From a virus (taxonomy: Duplodnaviria > Caudoviricetes): a DNA stretch of 64,000 bases. The notes under the pieces were generated by a model. It was given only the letters and a program-made list of their open reading frames with translations. It ran no database searches and was not told where the DNA came from. Positions 17,255 to 27,254 of this stretch are shown here, one piece after another. The position numbers and the translations under genes are program-made. The stretch spans positions 18,623-82,622 of the IMG/VR virus record IMGVR_UViG_3300001525_000609; one strand, 5' to 3'. Position 1 is the first letter of the stretch. Each line of letters begins with the position of its first letter.

Positions 17255-17480
17255 ACCTTCCCAGCCACGCATCACGGTAGCATACGCCGTGCTCTTTGCA
17301 GTACTGCTCTAGGACCTCCTCGATCGCGACGATGAGGGAGTTCGTGATGCCTGCGTCCATGAGCTGATAGACGGCTTCGTGGCACATCGCAGCTTCGATG
17401 ATGACTTTCCTCTGCACGTCGGTGAGCGTCTCGTCATCGGACTGCTCATAGCACAGGTCGAGTGTCTTGTCGGTTTCCAT
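17241..17480 (-). CDS. Hypothetical protein, first gene of the transcription unit
   Basis: AAGAGGA SD; AT-rich promoter upstream. Confidence 0.55.
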   Translation of the reverse strand: METDKTLDLCYEQSDDETLTDVQRKVIIEAAMCHEAVYQLMDAGITNSLIVAIEEVLEQYCKEHGVCYRDAWLGRYDDD

Positions 17481-17592
17481 GTCATTCCTCTTTTTAAGCT
17501 TAATGAACTCTTGTAGAGTTCTTGTATTACAATATAATACACATCTGATATATAGGTTTCGATGATGACCACTGATGCGACGGGATAGGGGA

Positions 17593-17689
17593 GGTTTGAA
17601 CATGTTTTAAACATGTTCAAACCGTGATTCGAGCACGCTCGGATCATATACGGGGGAGGGGTATGTGGGGATTTTAAACATGTTTAAAA
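17593..17689. repeat. Two perfect AACATGTT-containing palindromes
   Basis: GGTTTGAACATGTTT-T-AAACATGTTCAAACC (17593-17623) and TTTTAAACATGTTTAAAA (17672-17689). Confidence 0.85.
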
Positions 17690-18045
17690 AAATATATCCG
17701 AATAGTTGAACGATTGCTCAAGTGTTGTCGGGGCGGTCTCTTAATCTTAGACAGAAGTGGTAATGTTGGTCGGTATAGGAAAAATAGAGTGCCCCTGTCC
17801 GTCCCGAGGACGGTTTTCAACACGTCTAATGTAACAAAAGCGGCATTACACGACCATTACAATGGATGTATCTTCCAATACTGTTTATGCCCGAAATAAT
17901 CCATGATATCAGTATACTGGTCACGATTTTTGTGTTTTAGGCTCTCCGAAACCAATAGAGCGCGATCGTACCCTCTTGCCCTAAATCGCCATTACGAAAT
18001 TCGTAGAAAACTCTACGAAACCTCGCAAACAGTATTTAAAGAGCC

Positions 18046-18412
18046 TTACAAAATTACATTACCCTTACATATCCGATGTAATGCATATTTTTGTACAACT
18101 ATTTATAGGGTTTAAATAGTCCCTATTTAAACCCATAGTATCTATTTCTAAGAATTACAGGAATTACATCATTTAAAAAGATTAGAAAAAAATAATGAAA
18201 AATAGAGGGATCGTGAGAAAACTCCCTCTTATACGCGCGTACACGCGCATGCGCGCACGCGCCTTCTAGTCTTTCCGACGAAAATATGTAATTTTGTAAT
18301 TTATACAACCTCGTTGTATATTTTTTTATAAGTCTTTCGCAATTGCTTATAAACTCAAACCTCGAATTAACCCCTGTTTAGCCTTACATTGAAATGTAAC
18401 GCAATGTAATGC
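18046..18412. repeat. Origin-like element A: ATTACA iterons, AT-rich core, inverted TGTAAT iterons
   Basis: Repeated (A)ATTACA at left and TGTAA(T) at right; aligns with 35711-35938. Origin function is inferred. Confidence 0.65.
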
Positions 18413-19018
18413 TGTCATTTTCGGCCCCTCTGTTCTCCGCCTCCGCCCGTGCTCGTGAAAATCCCCGATTTTGCCCTACATTTCTTAGACCTCTGCTGCT
18501 TGCGTCTGTCCTCGTCGCCGCGAGTGCCGAACATCACGATCCCGGGATCGGACAGGGGGCGGCGACGGCACGCGACGGCACCTGCGACGCTCTTTTCCGT
18601 CATCGCTCCCTTTCTTGTTCACATGCGTGCATGTACGCAACCGCACGCTCCTGTGCCCATACTTGCGTAAGCTCGCGCATGCGCACGTGCCCGAGCGCAG
18701 AGCGCACGAGGAACAGGCGGCTGCGTCGCAGCCGCTCCCCTGATAACGATTCCCCCAAAGGCGCACCGATCGGTGCGTCGCAGGGCGCAGGTGTGCACGC
18801 ACGCGCATGTGCGTAGCCCTGTGTTCGCTTGAAATCTCCGCAGACCCATCTCCTTTCGCGTATAATGGACTTCACGCCTTGAAAGGTGTCCAAGGTCGTC
18901 TAAACAATCTTCGTGGCTTTTATGCCCCTTTCTGTGCGTCTTATCAAAGAACCTCTCGATAAGGCCGTCCGCCCCGCCGAAGCGGGGCGTAATTGGTTTG
19001 ATGGCTCCGATCCCGGGA

Positions 19019-19492
19019 TCAGTCCTCGCCCTCTGCCTTCTCGCGCTCTATGCGGAGCGCGGTCAGGCAGTCGAGCATGTCATAGGCCTCGGCCTCCGGG
19101 ACGCCGTGTTCCGCCATGAGGCTCCATGCCGTCTCGGAGCCGTCCCATCCGCCGTCGGACAGGACGATGCATCCGTCGAGGAACGGCGTGCCGCGCATCG
19201 CCGTCAGCGATGCGATCCACTTCTGGAGGAACGCGGGGTCGTCCTCGGCACGGTCCGCCATCTCCCTGCGCCATGCGATGCGCTCTGTCTCCTCGATCAG
19301 ATCGCGCAGGCACGCGCCGCTCTCCGAGATCACCATGAAGACCGCGCCCTGCGCGGTCATGTACTTCTTGCGGTCGGCGGCCGATTGCTTCAGCCAACGG
19401 ACGTCGGCCATGCGCATCGCCATGTCCAGGCTGTCGTAGGACTCCGCATCCCCGCAGTTCCCGTTGAACCACTCCACGATGTAGGCCATCAT
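19019..19492 (-). CDS. Hypothetical protein, N-terminal domain of the 12858/13790 family
   Basis: AMRMADVRWLKQSAADRKKY...AVFMV; followed by a C(UUCG)G hairpin near 18967-18988. Confidence 0.6.
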   Translation of the reverse strand: MMAYIVEWFNGNCGDAESYDSLDMAMRMADVRWLKQSAADRKKYMTAQGAVFMVISESGACLRDLIEETERIAWRREMADRAEDDPAFLQKWIASLTAMRGTPFLDGCIVLSDGGWDGSETAWSLMAEHGVPEAEAYDMLDCLTALRIEREKAEGED

Positions 19493-19776
19493 GCCACCTC
19501 GTGCGCATAGGGGCCGTGCCCCGCGATCCCTGTCACCATGGGCATGGCCATGGCCTTGCAGTCGGGGCATACATAGCCCAGGTTGAACCCCTCGCAGGAC
19601 GATGCGTCAGCGTCAACGGGGCTGTCGCACATCTTCTTCATGCGGAGCAGGCACATCCTGCAATGGATGGGCTCGTCATCATCGAACTCCTGTGATACGA
19701 TCGCAGGGTCGTCGTCGCGGCGCACGGCGCCGCATGCGGCGCACTTTATCATCAGTACTAGCTTCTTGTCTGTCAT
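19489..19776 (-). CDS. Zn-finger protein
   Basis: CAACG, CRMC and CPDC motifs; shared leader upstream. Confidence 0.6.
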   Translation of the reverse strand: MTDKKLVLMIKCAACGAVRRDDDPAIVSQEFDDDEPIHCRMCLLRMKKMCDSPVDADASSCEGFNLGYVCPDCKAMAMPMVTGIAGHGPYAHEVA

Positions 19777-19848
19777 CTTTGCACTCTCCTTGTCTCGAAA
19801 CCGTTTCGTAATGGGTTTGTGCCGTGCATCGCACGGCACAGGGCGATG

Positions 19849-20070
19849 TCACTCGTCCTCCCGGTCGTAGCTCTCCTCGATGATGTCGTCGTAGAAGTAC
19901 CCGAGCTCCCTGCACAGGTCTCTGATGGCGTCTGTCCTGATGTCGAACCATTCGATGGCGTGACGGCAGGCGCGCGGGTCTCCCGCCGCGCCGTCTATGG
20001 CCCTGAGCATGAGCCTCCTCTCGTCGTCCGTCGTCTTGATGACGGCCTTGAAGAACCGCTCCTCGTCCAT
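19849..20070 (-). CDS. Small acidic protein
   Basis: TGATG coupling; GAGGTG SD. Confidence 0.55.
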   Translation of the reverse strand: MDEERFFKAVIKTTDDERRLMLRAIDGAAGDPRACRHAIEWFDIRTDAIRDLCRELGYFYDDIIEESYDREDE

Positions 20071-20387
20071 CAGTCGCACCTCCTTTCGAAGCCCTTCTCG
20101 TGCTCTCCGAGCTCCACGCCCTTCTCGGCGTAGTACGTCTCCCTGCCCTTGAGGATCATCTTGCCGACCTCCCTCATCCCGAAGGCGACGCCTCCGATCA
20201 GGCTGACCATGAGCGCCTGCTCGCGCTCGGTCAGCCCAGGGCACGCCAGGGACTTGATCTCTGCGATGCCGTCCATCGCCGAGTTGTACCGGTCGATGAT
20301 GGTCGCCAGCGTGCTGATGTCGTGCACCAGCTCGGTGGTCTCTTGCGAGACCTCCGCATCCTCTCTTATCGTGTACTCTTCCGTCAT
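20070..20387 (-). CDS. Hypothetical protein
   Basis: GGAGGTGA SD. Confidence 0.55.
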   Translation of the reverse strand: MTEEYTIREDAEVSQETTELVHDISTLATIIDRYNSAMDGIAEIKSLACPGLTEREQALMVSLIGGVAFGMREVGKMILKGRETYYAEKGVELGEHEKGFERRCD

Positions 20388-20690
20388 TCCGTCACCTCCG
20401 CATAGATGGCGCTCGTGCCCTCCTTTTGATGCGACTTCTTCGTGCGCTGTCCCATGATGCACAGGACGGCCTCGATGAACTCGGGGGCGAGCTCTTGGCT
20501 GAGGAAGTTCCTCAGCCAGACCATCGCCTCGTCGTTCAGGGGACGGGCAACGATGCCCATCCAGTCCAGAGCCTCCTTGATGATCTGGTCGCGGATCTTC
20601 TCGGGCAGGTCTGCGAACCTGTCTGCTGCGGACTCCGCGCTCCTGCGGGGGCTGCCCCACACGACATAGCTCACCTTGACGTCGTTGTTC

Positions 20691-20707
<17 letters not shown>
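20384..20707 (-). CDS. Hypothetical protein
   Basis: GAGGAGG SD; ATGA overlap. Confidence 0.5.
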
Positions 20708-21530
<823 letters not shown>

Positions 21531-21593
21531 TTCTGTGTCTCCTTTGTCTTGTTTCTAAGGGGGTTCTAAAGGGTTTGTCATTGGTTTCTAGCG

Positions 21594-21914
21594 TCAGTTC
21601 TCCCAGCACACCGTGTACAGTCCGGGGCAGTCTATCAGCACCCTGTCGGCGCCGTCTTCCCTTGCCAGGTCTTCCTCCACATCCAGGACGTCGTGGATTA
21701 TCTCCTGTGCAGTCAGGAAGACCATGTCTGCGCCGTTGTAGTAGCTCCCCCTGCTGTACAGGCGGGCGATGGGCGCAGACAACTCCGCCTTGTCGTCGTA
21801 TCTTTCGGCGTCCCTGATGATATCGGCCAGCATCGCGGCGATAAGGTCGGGCCTCTCGGATTCGATTGTGTCTTTGCACAGGTCGGGCCTGCATCTCAGT
21901 ACGAACATCTTCAT
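21594..21914 (-). CDS. Hypothetical protein, paralogue of 22029
   Basis: TAQEIIHDVL...DCPG...W. Confidence 0.6.
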   Translation of the reverse strand: MKMFVLRCRPDLCKDTIESERPDLIAAMLADIIRDAERYDDKAELSAPIARLYSRGSYYNGADMVFLTAQEIIHDVLDVEEDLAREDGADRVLIDCPGLYTVCWEN

Positions 21915-22028
21915 CTCTCCTTGTCGTTTTTAATCGGTTTCTAAGGGTGAAGCGGGGTTGACCCGCTTCTTATGTACCTGATTAGACTGATAGTTTTTAT
22001 TTTTTACTATCAAATCTGCTGTACTGTA

Positions 22029-22403
22029 TTACGCATCATCGGAGTCGGCATCCCAGATGACCTGGCATCCGTCGATGTCGAGGACGATCCCGGGGCAGTC
22101 CCTCTTCTCGGCCGCCGCGAGGATCTCGAAGACGATGTCCTCTGCGCTCCTCACGAGGAGCGTGCCGTAGGGGTACTCCGATCCGAGCGCGACATACTGC
22201 TGCGCGATGTCGTCGAGCCTCCTAAGGGCATAGTCGCGGGCGATCCTCATCGCCCTCTGGTTGTCGCCGTCCTCGCGGCGCTCGACCTCGTAGACGATGG
22301 TCTGCAGGCGGTCGATGAGCTTGCACACTGCCGTGGCAGCAGCCACGGCATCGTCGCCGTTGTACACGGCGTTGTCGCTGTAGTCTTGAATTCTGAACGT
22401 CAT
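22029..22403 (-). CDS. Hypothetical protein, paralogue of 21594
   Basis: SAEDIVFEIL...DCPG...W. Confidence 0.6.
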   Translation of the reverse strand: MTFRIQDYSDNAVYNGDDAVAAATAVCKLIDRLQTIVYEVERREDGDNQRAMRIARDYALRRLDDIAQQYVALGSEYPYGTLLVRSAEDIVFEILAAAEKRDCPGIVLDIDGCQVIWDADSDDA

Positions 22404-22455
22404 TTGATTCACTTCCGAAAGAAGATGCGAGGGGATTCCTCCCCTCAGGGTGTTC

Positions 22456-22773
22456 TCAGGCGAGCATCTCGCAGAGCACGAGGAGCATGTTGCATGCCCC
22501 TTCGTCGTACTCGCTCAGGTCTTCCGTCCCGTTCGTAGGGCGGTCGCAGATTCCCTGCCCGACACGGGCGAGGACGCCTGCGGTGAGCTGGGGGCTCACG
22601 TCGGCCTCTTCGGTGACGAGACCGAAGATAAGGCTGTCGATGACGGCCCTGGCGCCGCGGATGTGCTCGGCAGTCCAGTCCGCGGGGAAGGCGTCGCGGT
22701 CTGAGACCGCGAGCCTCGCTGTCACGAGGTCGGCCATTTCGAGGTACTTCTGTCCGTTTGCGTTTGTCTTCAT
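22456..22773 (-). CDS. Hypothetical protein
   Basis: Shared leader and its own TATA-type promoter (AAAAAATATATAC on the minus strand, ~22865-22878). Confidence 0.6.
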   Translation of the reverse strand: MKTNANGQKYLEMADLVTARLAVSDRDAFPADWTAEHIRGARAVIDSLIFGLVTEEADVSPQLTAGVLARVGQGICDRPTNGTEDLSEYDEGACNMLLVLCEMLA

Positions 22774-23008
22774 TTTTCAAACTCTCCTTTGTCTTGTTTC
22801 TAAGGCGTTTCTTAACGGGTTTCGGATGCATTTCGCATCCTCACAGTCTAGATAGTCGTTCCAGTATATATTTTTTACTGAAAGATTTGGTTGAATGTAT
22901 TACACAGGTACGATGCGATGCACCGTGCCTGTCGGCACGATCCCGGGCCCGGGATCGGGCACGCGGGGGGGGGGAACGGCTGACCCTTCGGGGTCAGCCG
23001 CCCGATCC

Positions 23009-23770
23009 TCAGAATTCGAAGAGGTGCTTCTGCTCGCTCTCATAAAGGGCCTCGCGCAGCCACTGGTCAAGGGTCTGCTCCAAGGCATACCCGAACGCTC
23101 CGGAGTCGAACTCGCTCCCATCTACACGGGAGATGAGGGTGTAGTATGCCCAATAGGGCCATTCCTCAAGCTCCTCTTCATCTCCATATCCATCCCATTC
23201 CTCCATGATGATGGCGAGGGTGGGGGAGATGCACATCGTCCTGCCTTTCCAGCCGTTGCCGCCCATGATGATGCTGCGGGCCTCCGCCTCCGAGACCTCC
23301 TCGGCACCGCTGAGGTCGTGCACATCCGGCTCGGACATGCATCTCCTCGGCTTGAGCGTGATATTGAAATAGGTGTCGCTGGGGATGTCGTAGGACGGCT
23401 GGAGGTAGACGTCCATGAGGCCGAGGGCCACTGCCCTCTCGTCCTCTTCGTCCGCCTGGGCACAGGAGCAGCCGTTGTTGTACAGGCCCTCCACGCAGCT
23501 GAGGTGCTCCGTGAAGTACATCCTGCCGTCGATCCCGGGTTCGGCCTTGGGGCATGACCCCTGGTTGGCGATGACTGAGACGTGGCAGCCCTCCTCGTCG
23601 AAGACGCTGCCGTGCAGCTCGCGCTCTATGCGGTCGATGAGCTCCATGATGTGCGACACAGGGAAGGCAGCGAACTCCTCGATGGTTACGGGGTAGCCCA
23701 CGGCCTCGGATATCGCATCGACCGGTGCCCTGAATTCGACGTTCTTTGCTTCGAAGTTGAACATTGTCAT
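23009..23770 (-). CDS. Acidic hypothetical protein
   Basis: Start taken at the shared leader; high GC3. Confidence 0.6.
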   Translation of the reverse strand: MTMFNFEAKNVEFRAPVDAISEAVGYPVTIEEFAAFPVSHIMELIDRIERELHGSVFDEEGCHVSVIANQGSCPKAEPGIDGRMYFTEHLSCVEGLYNNGCSCAQADEEDERAVALGLMDVYLQPSYDIPSDTYFNITLKPRRCMSEPDVHDLSGAEEVSEAEARSIIMGGNGWKGRTMCISPTLAIIMEEWDGYGDEEELEEWPYWAYYTLISRVDGSEFDSGAFGYALEQTLDQWLREALYESEQKHLFEF

Positions 23771-23891
23771 TTCTGTACTCTCCTTTGTGTTCGAGGGGTT
23801 TCGAAAGGGTTTGGGAAAGGGGTCGGCACAGCCCCCTGCCCTTGAGGGGGCAGGGGAGTCGCTGCGGATCCGTGAGGATCCGCATGGCTGC

Positions 23892-24338
23892 TCAGCAGGC
23901 CATGTTCTCGACCTTCTCGGTGTCCAGCTCGCCGTCCGCATCGAAGATGCGGCTTCCGACGGGCTGCGCCCTGTCGATGTCCCTGACCATCCAATCGATG
24001 AACTGGTCGTCGTCCTCGTCCTCGTCGTTTTCAGGCGCGTCGATGCGCTCGACGATGTTGAAGTCATCGTCGATGATGTACGTCCCGTTGTCGAGTGCCT
24101 CGGCAAGGTTGCTGAGGACGTCGATCCCGATGCTGAGGTTCCCGCCGAAGTAGTTGGCGATGACCTGGACGAGCCTCGCGAATCCGTAGTCGAACTGGTT
24201 CCCGGTCCTGAACCTGCGCAGCTGGGCATACTTGAGGAATGCCCTTACCGATCCGGCGTCTCCGTTCCAGTGGAGGTAGATCCCCACGCCGTTGTTCTCG
24301 TAGTTCTGCTTGGTCGTTATGATTGCTCTGTCTCCCAT
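23892..24338 (-). CDS. Conserved mobile-element hypothetical protein
   Basis: MGDRAIIT..GIYLHWNG...ARLVQVIANYFGGNLSIGI, a pattern recalled from gut phages. Confidence 0.7.
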   Translation of the reverse strand: MGDRAIITTKQNYENNGVGIYLHWNGDAGSVRAFLKYAQLRRFRTGNQFDYGFARLVQVIANYFGGNLSIGIDVLSNLAEALDNGTYIIDDDFNIVERIDAPENDEDEDDDQFIDWMVRDIDRAQPVGSRIFDADGELDTEKVENMAC

Positions 24339-24533
24339 ATCGATACTCTCCTGTTGTTCTGGAAGGGGTTTCTAAGCTGTTTGAACGGTTGGTGTTAGCG
24401 TCATTGCGGAGCGCCCGGGCACAGGCACGGGCACACGGGTCGGAGGGCGATCCTCCGGCTGTTCGCCGGAGGACAGCCCCCTGCCCCCTCAAGGGCAGGG
24501 GGAATCATGGACCCTTGTCATCGTCCATGTCCC

Positions 24534-25460
24534 TCACAGCCCCTCGCTCTCGACCTTCTGGAGGATGGTCGTGGCCAGCTTAGCGATGGCCTCGTCTTCG
24601 GTCGCGTACCGGTCTCTCGTGTCGCGGAAGTCCTCGCAAAGAGGCTGCACGATGAGGGGCACGCATCCGTCTCCGATGGTCGCCTTGGCCATGGCCAGGA
24701 CCGCCTCTCTCGCCCCCTTCGACCCCAGCTCCGTGCTCAGGCTGTACCCGAGCCCGGGGTTGCGGGGGAACCGTGGATTGGTCGTCAGCCAGTTGAATAC
24801 CAGTCCTCTGAAGTAGGACGGGTTGGCAACCATAAAGAGGAGCTTGGGGATGTTGAGCGCCTCTTCTGCGCGCTTCATCGGCATCATGCACGAGAGGACC
24901 CTCGGCCCTGTGCGGCTCCCCGTCACAACAGTGGTCATGATGTTGACCTCCACCCTGAACCCCGACCTCTCCAGGGACGCGATGGCGATGGCCACTGCTG
25001 TCGCGGTGCTCTTGAGGTCCTCGCCGCTGATCCTGCAGTAGACCGCAGGATCGAGGACCATGCGGATGACCTTGGACTTGACCTTCCGAGTCACGACCCT
25101 GGTCATGCATTCCGGGATCCCCTGAACGTACAGGGGAACGACTACATTCCCGCCTGTGACGTCGCGCTTGACCTCTCTGAGCTTGGCGATCTCTCTGCTG
25201 AGCTCGCCCTTGCACCTCTGGACCTTGCTGATGAAGGCGGGGTCGCTGATCCCGGACCTGATGCGCTCCTGGAGCTCCGCTCCCGACCTGAACCCGGACC
25301 ACTGAGGATCGTACACGGGGGCACCGTGTATGAAGTCCTTGTTGATGTCCGCGTGGATGGGCTTACGGCCCTTGAGGGTCGTAAGGGCGTCCGCCATGGA
25401 GGAGAAGACCTCCATCTCGGCCTTGAGGCCGTTCTTGAGGGGAACCGTTGCGGTTCTCAT
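24534..25460 (-). CDS. vWA-like partner (CobT-like) of a MoxR ATPase
   Basis: GGNVVVPLYVQGIPECM, IASLERSGFRVEV and ANPSYFR patterns; abuts the AAA gene. Confidence 0.65.
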   Translation of the reverse strand: MRTATVPLKNGLKAEMEVFSSMADALTTLKGRKPIHADINKDFIHGAPVYDPQWSGFRSGAELQERIRSGISDPAFISKVQRCKGELSREIAKLREVKRDVTGGNVVVPLYVQGIPECMTRVVTRKVKSKVIRMVLDPAVYCRISGEDLKSTATAVAIAIASLERSGFRVEVNIMTTVVTGSRTGPRVLSCMMPMKRAEEALNIPKLLFMVANPSYFRGLVFNWLTTNPRFPRNPGLGYSLSTELGSKGAREAVLAMAKATIGDGCVPLIVQPLCEDFRDTRDRYATEDEAIAKLATTILQKVESEGL

Positions 25461-26711
25461 TCAGAACACCTCCTTCATGGCCGCCTGGTAGTCCCTGAGG
25501 GACTTGATGTAAGGGTTGCGCACCGTCTTATCCATCCCTTCCAGGATGGTGGCCAGTGTGTCCTTCGTGACCGCCGCCTTGAGGAGTGCGACCTCAAAGG
25601 CGAACGTCGTCCTGTCTCCCTTGGACATCCCTGCTATGTAGGGGTCCTTGGAGGCCAGGATATCGGCGAATGTCTTCCCGCCCCTGTAGGAGGGCACGTA
25701 ATCCGTCAGCCCCTGCTTGATGCAGGAGTTGCGGAACTCCCTGATGAAGACGGCGACCTTCTCGGCCTCCTCCGGGGGTATCCCTGAGGCCTTGATGCAG
25801 GCCAGGGATATCTCATCCTCATAGTTGACCTCGACCACACAGAAGCGGTCAAGGGTGGACGCATCCAACCTGTTGGCTGTCCCGTACTCCTCGGTCGCGC
25901 CGCGTCCGTTGGTGTTGGCCGTGGCGATGATCCTCAGCTCCGGGTTGACCGGAACGACCCCACGGACAGGGACATCCATGAGGTTGTTGGCGATCATGGC
26001 GTTCATGGGGATGAGCGCCTCCGGGAGCGACCTGTCGACCTCCTCAAGGAGGAGGAGGCCAGGCTCGGTGATCGCCGCGGTCACTTGGCTCTTGACCTCG
26101 TTCCCGTTGGCGTCCGCGTACCCCGTCACATCGCTCCTCATCTGGGGCGATGTGAGCATGAAGAGCTGCTTGTCCAGCTCCTTCGCGATCCTGACCGCCA
26201 TCTCGGTCTTCCCCGTCCCTCTCGGGCCGACCAGGAGGACCTTCTTCCCCATGGAGACCAGGGCCTTGACCTGCTCGTAGGTCCTGGGCTTGATGTAGCC
26301 GTCGGCATCCGCCTCCGGCTTCTTGGGCTTGGGCCTCGGCTCCTTCGGAGCCGGGGGAACCTCTTCCTTTGGCTCCTCCTTTGGCTCCTCCTTGGGGGCT
26401 TGGGCCGGGCCTTCCGATGGAAGGTAGAAGGCCCTGTCCTCCTCGGCCAGCCTGTCCCAGTTGGCGATGATGCGCTCGGCCATGACCGTTATCCCGTGCC
26501 ACCCTGCGGTGTACAGGGAGCGGTAGGCGGCGATCATCCCCGTGATGACCCTCGCATCGGGCTCAAGGCCCTTGGCCTTGAGCTGCTCCTCGACCGCTCC
26601 GGCGAGGCACGCGATGCGCGTGTCGTTGTCGATGCAGGCCTTGGCCTTGGGGTTGATGGTGATGTCGGCGGTCTTGGCGATTCTGTACATGTTGTCTGCG
26701 ATGTAGGACAT
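25461..26711 (-). CDS. MoxR/CobS-like AAA+ ATPase
   Basis: Walker A GPRGTGKT, Walker B LLLEEVD, IIATAN and arginine finger LDASTLDRF. Confidence 0.9.
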   Translation of the reverse strand: MSYIADNMYRIAKTADITINPKAKACIDNDTRIACLAGAVEEQLKAKGLEPDARVITGMIAAYRSLYTAGWHGITVMAERIIANWDRLAEEDRAFYLPSEGPAQAPKEEPKEEPKEEVPPAPKEPRPKPKKPEADADGYIKPRTYEQVKALVSMGKKVLLVGPRGTGKTEMAVRIAKELDKQLFMLTSPQMRSDVTGYADANGNEVKSQVTAAITEPGLLLLEEVDRSLPEALIPMNAMIANNLMDVPVRGVVPVNPELRIIATANTNGRGATEEYGTANRLDASTLDRFCVVEVNYEDEISLACIKASGIPPEEAEKVAVFIREFRNSCIKQGLTDYVPSYRGGKTFADILASKDPYIAGMSKGDRTTFAFEVALLKAAVTKDTLATILEGMDKTVRNPYIKSLRDYQAAMKEVF

Positions 26712-26742
26712 TTTGGTACTCTCCTTTTTCGTGGTAAAAAGT

Positions 26743-27249
26743 TTAGTTGCCAGGAGTGGCGGGGGTGTCGGTGTTCTGCTGCTTGAGCTCATCCAGATAG
26801 TCGCGCGACCTAACAGGGTCGTGCGTCTGGAATCCGATGACGGGCTCAAGTCTGCTGGCGGCTTCGAGATCTGCGCCGTTCGGCAGTGATGCGAACAGGG
26901 CACGGACCTCGGTCTCCTTCGGCTTGAAGTTCTTCTCATACGCGATGGCGGACTGCTTTGCTAAGGCAGCCACGGCCTCGCGTGCTCCCGCATCCGACAT
27001 CACAACATCGATGTCGTGCGTTGTCTTGGAGGTCCTCACGAATGTCCAGTTGGTCGACTCGACCGACTGGATGAGCTGGCCCGTAGCTTCATCACGGGCC
27101 TCCTCCTGTGACCATGCATGCATGAGCAATGCTTCATTGGCCAGCTTGAGCTGGCGGACTTGCTCTTCGAGATTCGCGATCTCGGTGGCGTTCTTGTCCG
27201 CCATGTCGATTAGCAACTTGAACTTGGATACTTGTGGTAGTGATGCCAT
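26743..27249 (-). CDS. Coiled-coil hypothetical protein
   Basis: AAGGAGG SD; first gene of the leftward block. Confidence 0.6.
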   Translation of the reverse strand: MASLPQVSKFKLLIDMADKNATEIANLEEQVRQLKLANEALLMHAWSQEEARDEATGQLIQSVESTNWTFVRTSKTTHDIDVVMSDAGAREAVAALAKQSAIAYEKNFKPKETEVRALFASLPNGADLEAASRLEPVIGFQTHDPVRSRDYLDELKQQNTDTPATPGN

Positions 27250-27254
27250 TTATG

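Noticed and set aside
18415-18893. Minus-strand ORFs 18415-18603 and 18600-18893
   Set aside because: Arg/Ala/Cys-rich translations of RY tracts; no SD or recognisable motif. Left uncalled.
24507-25787. 426-aa plus-strand ORF
   Set aside because: Shadow of the high-GC3 vWA and AAA genes.
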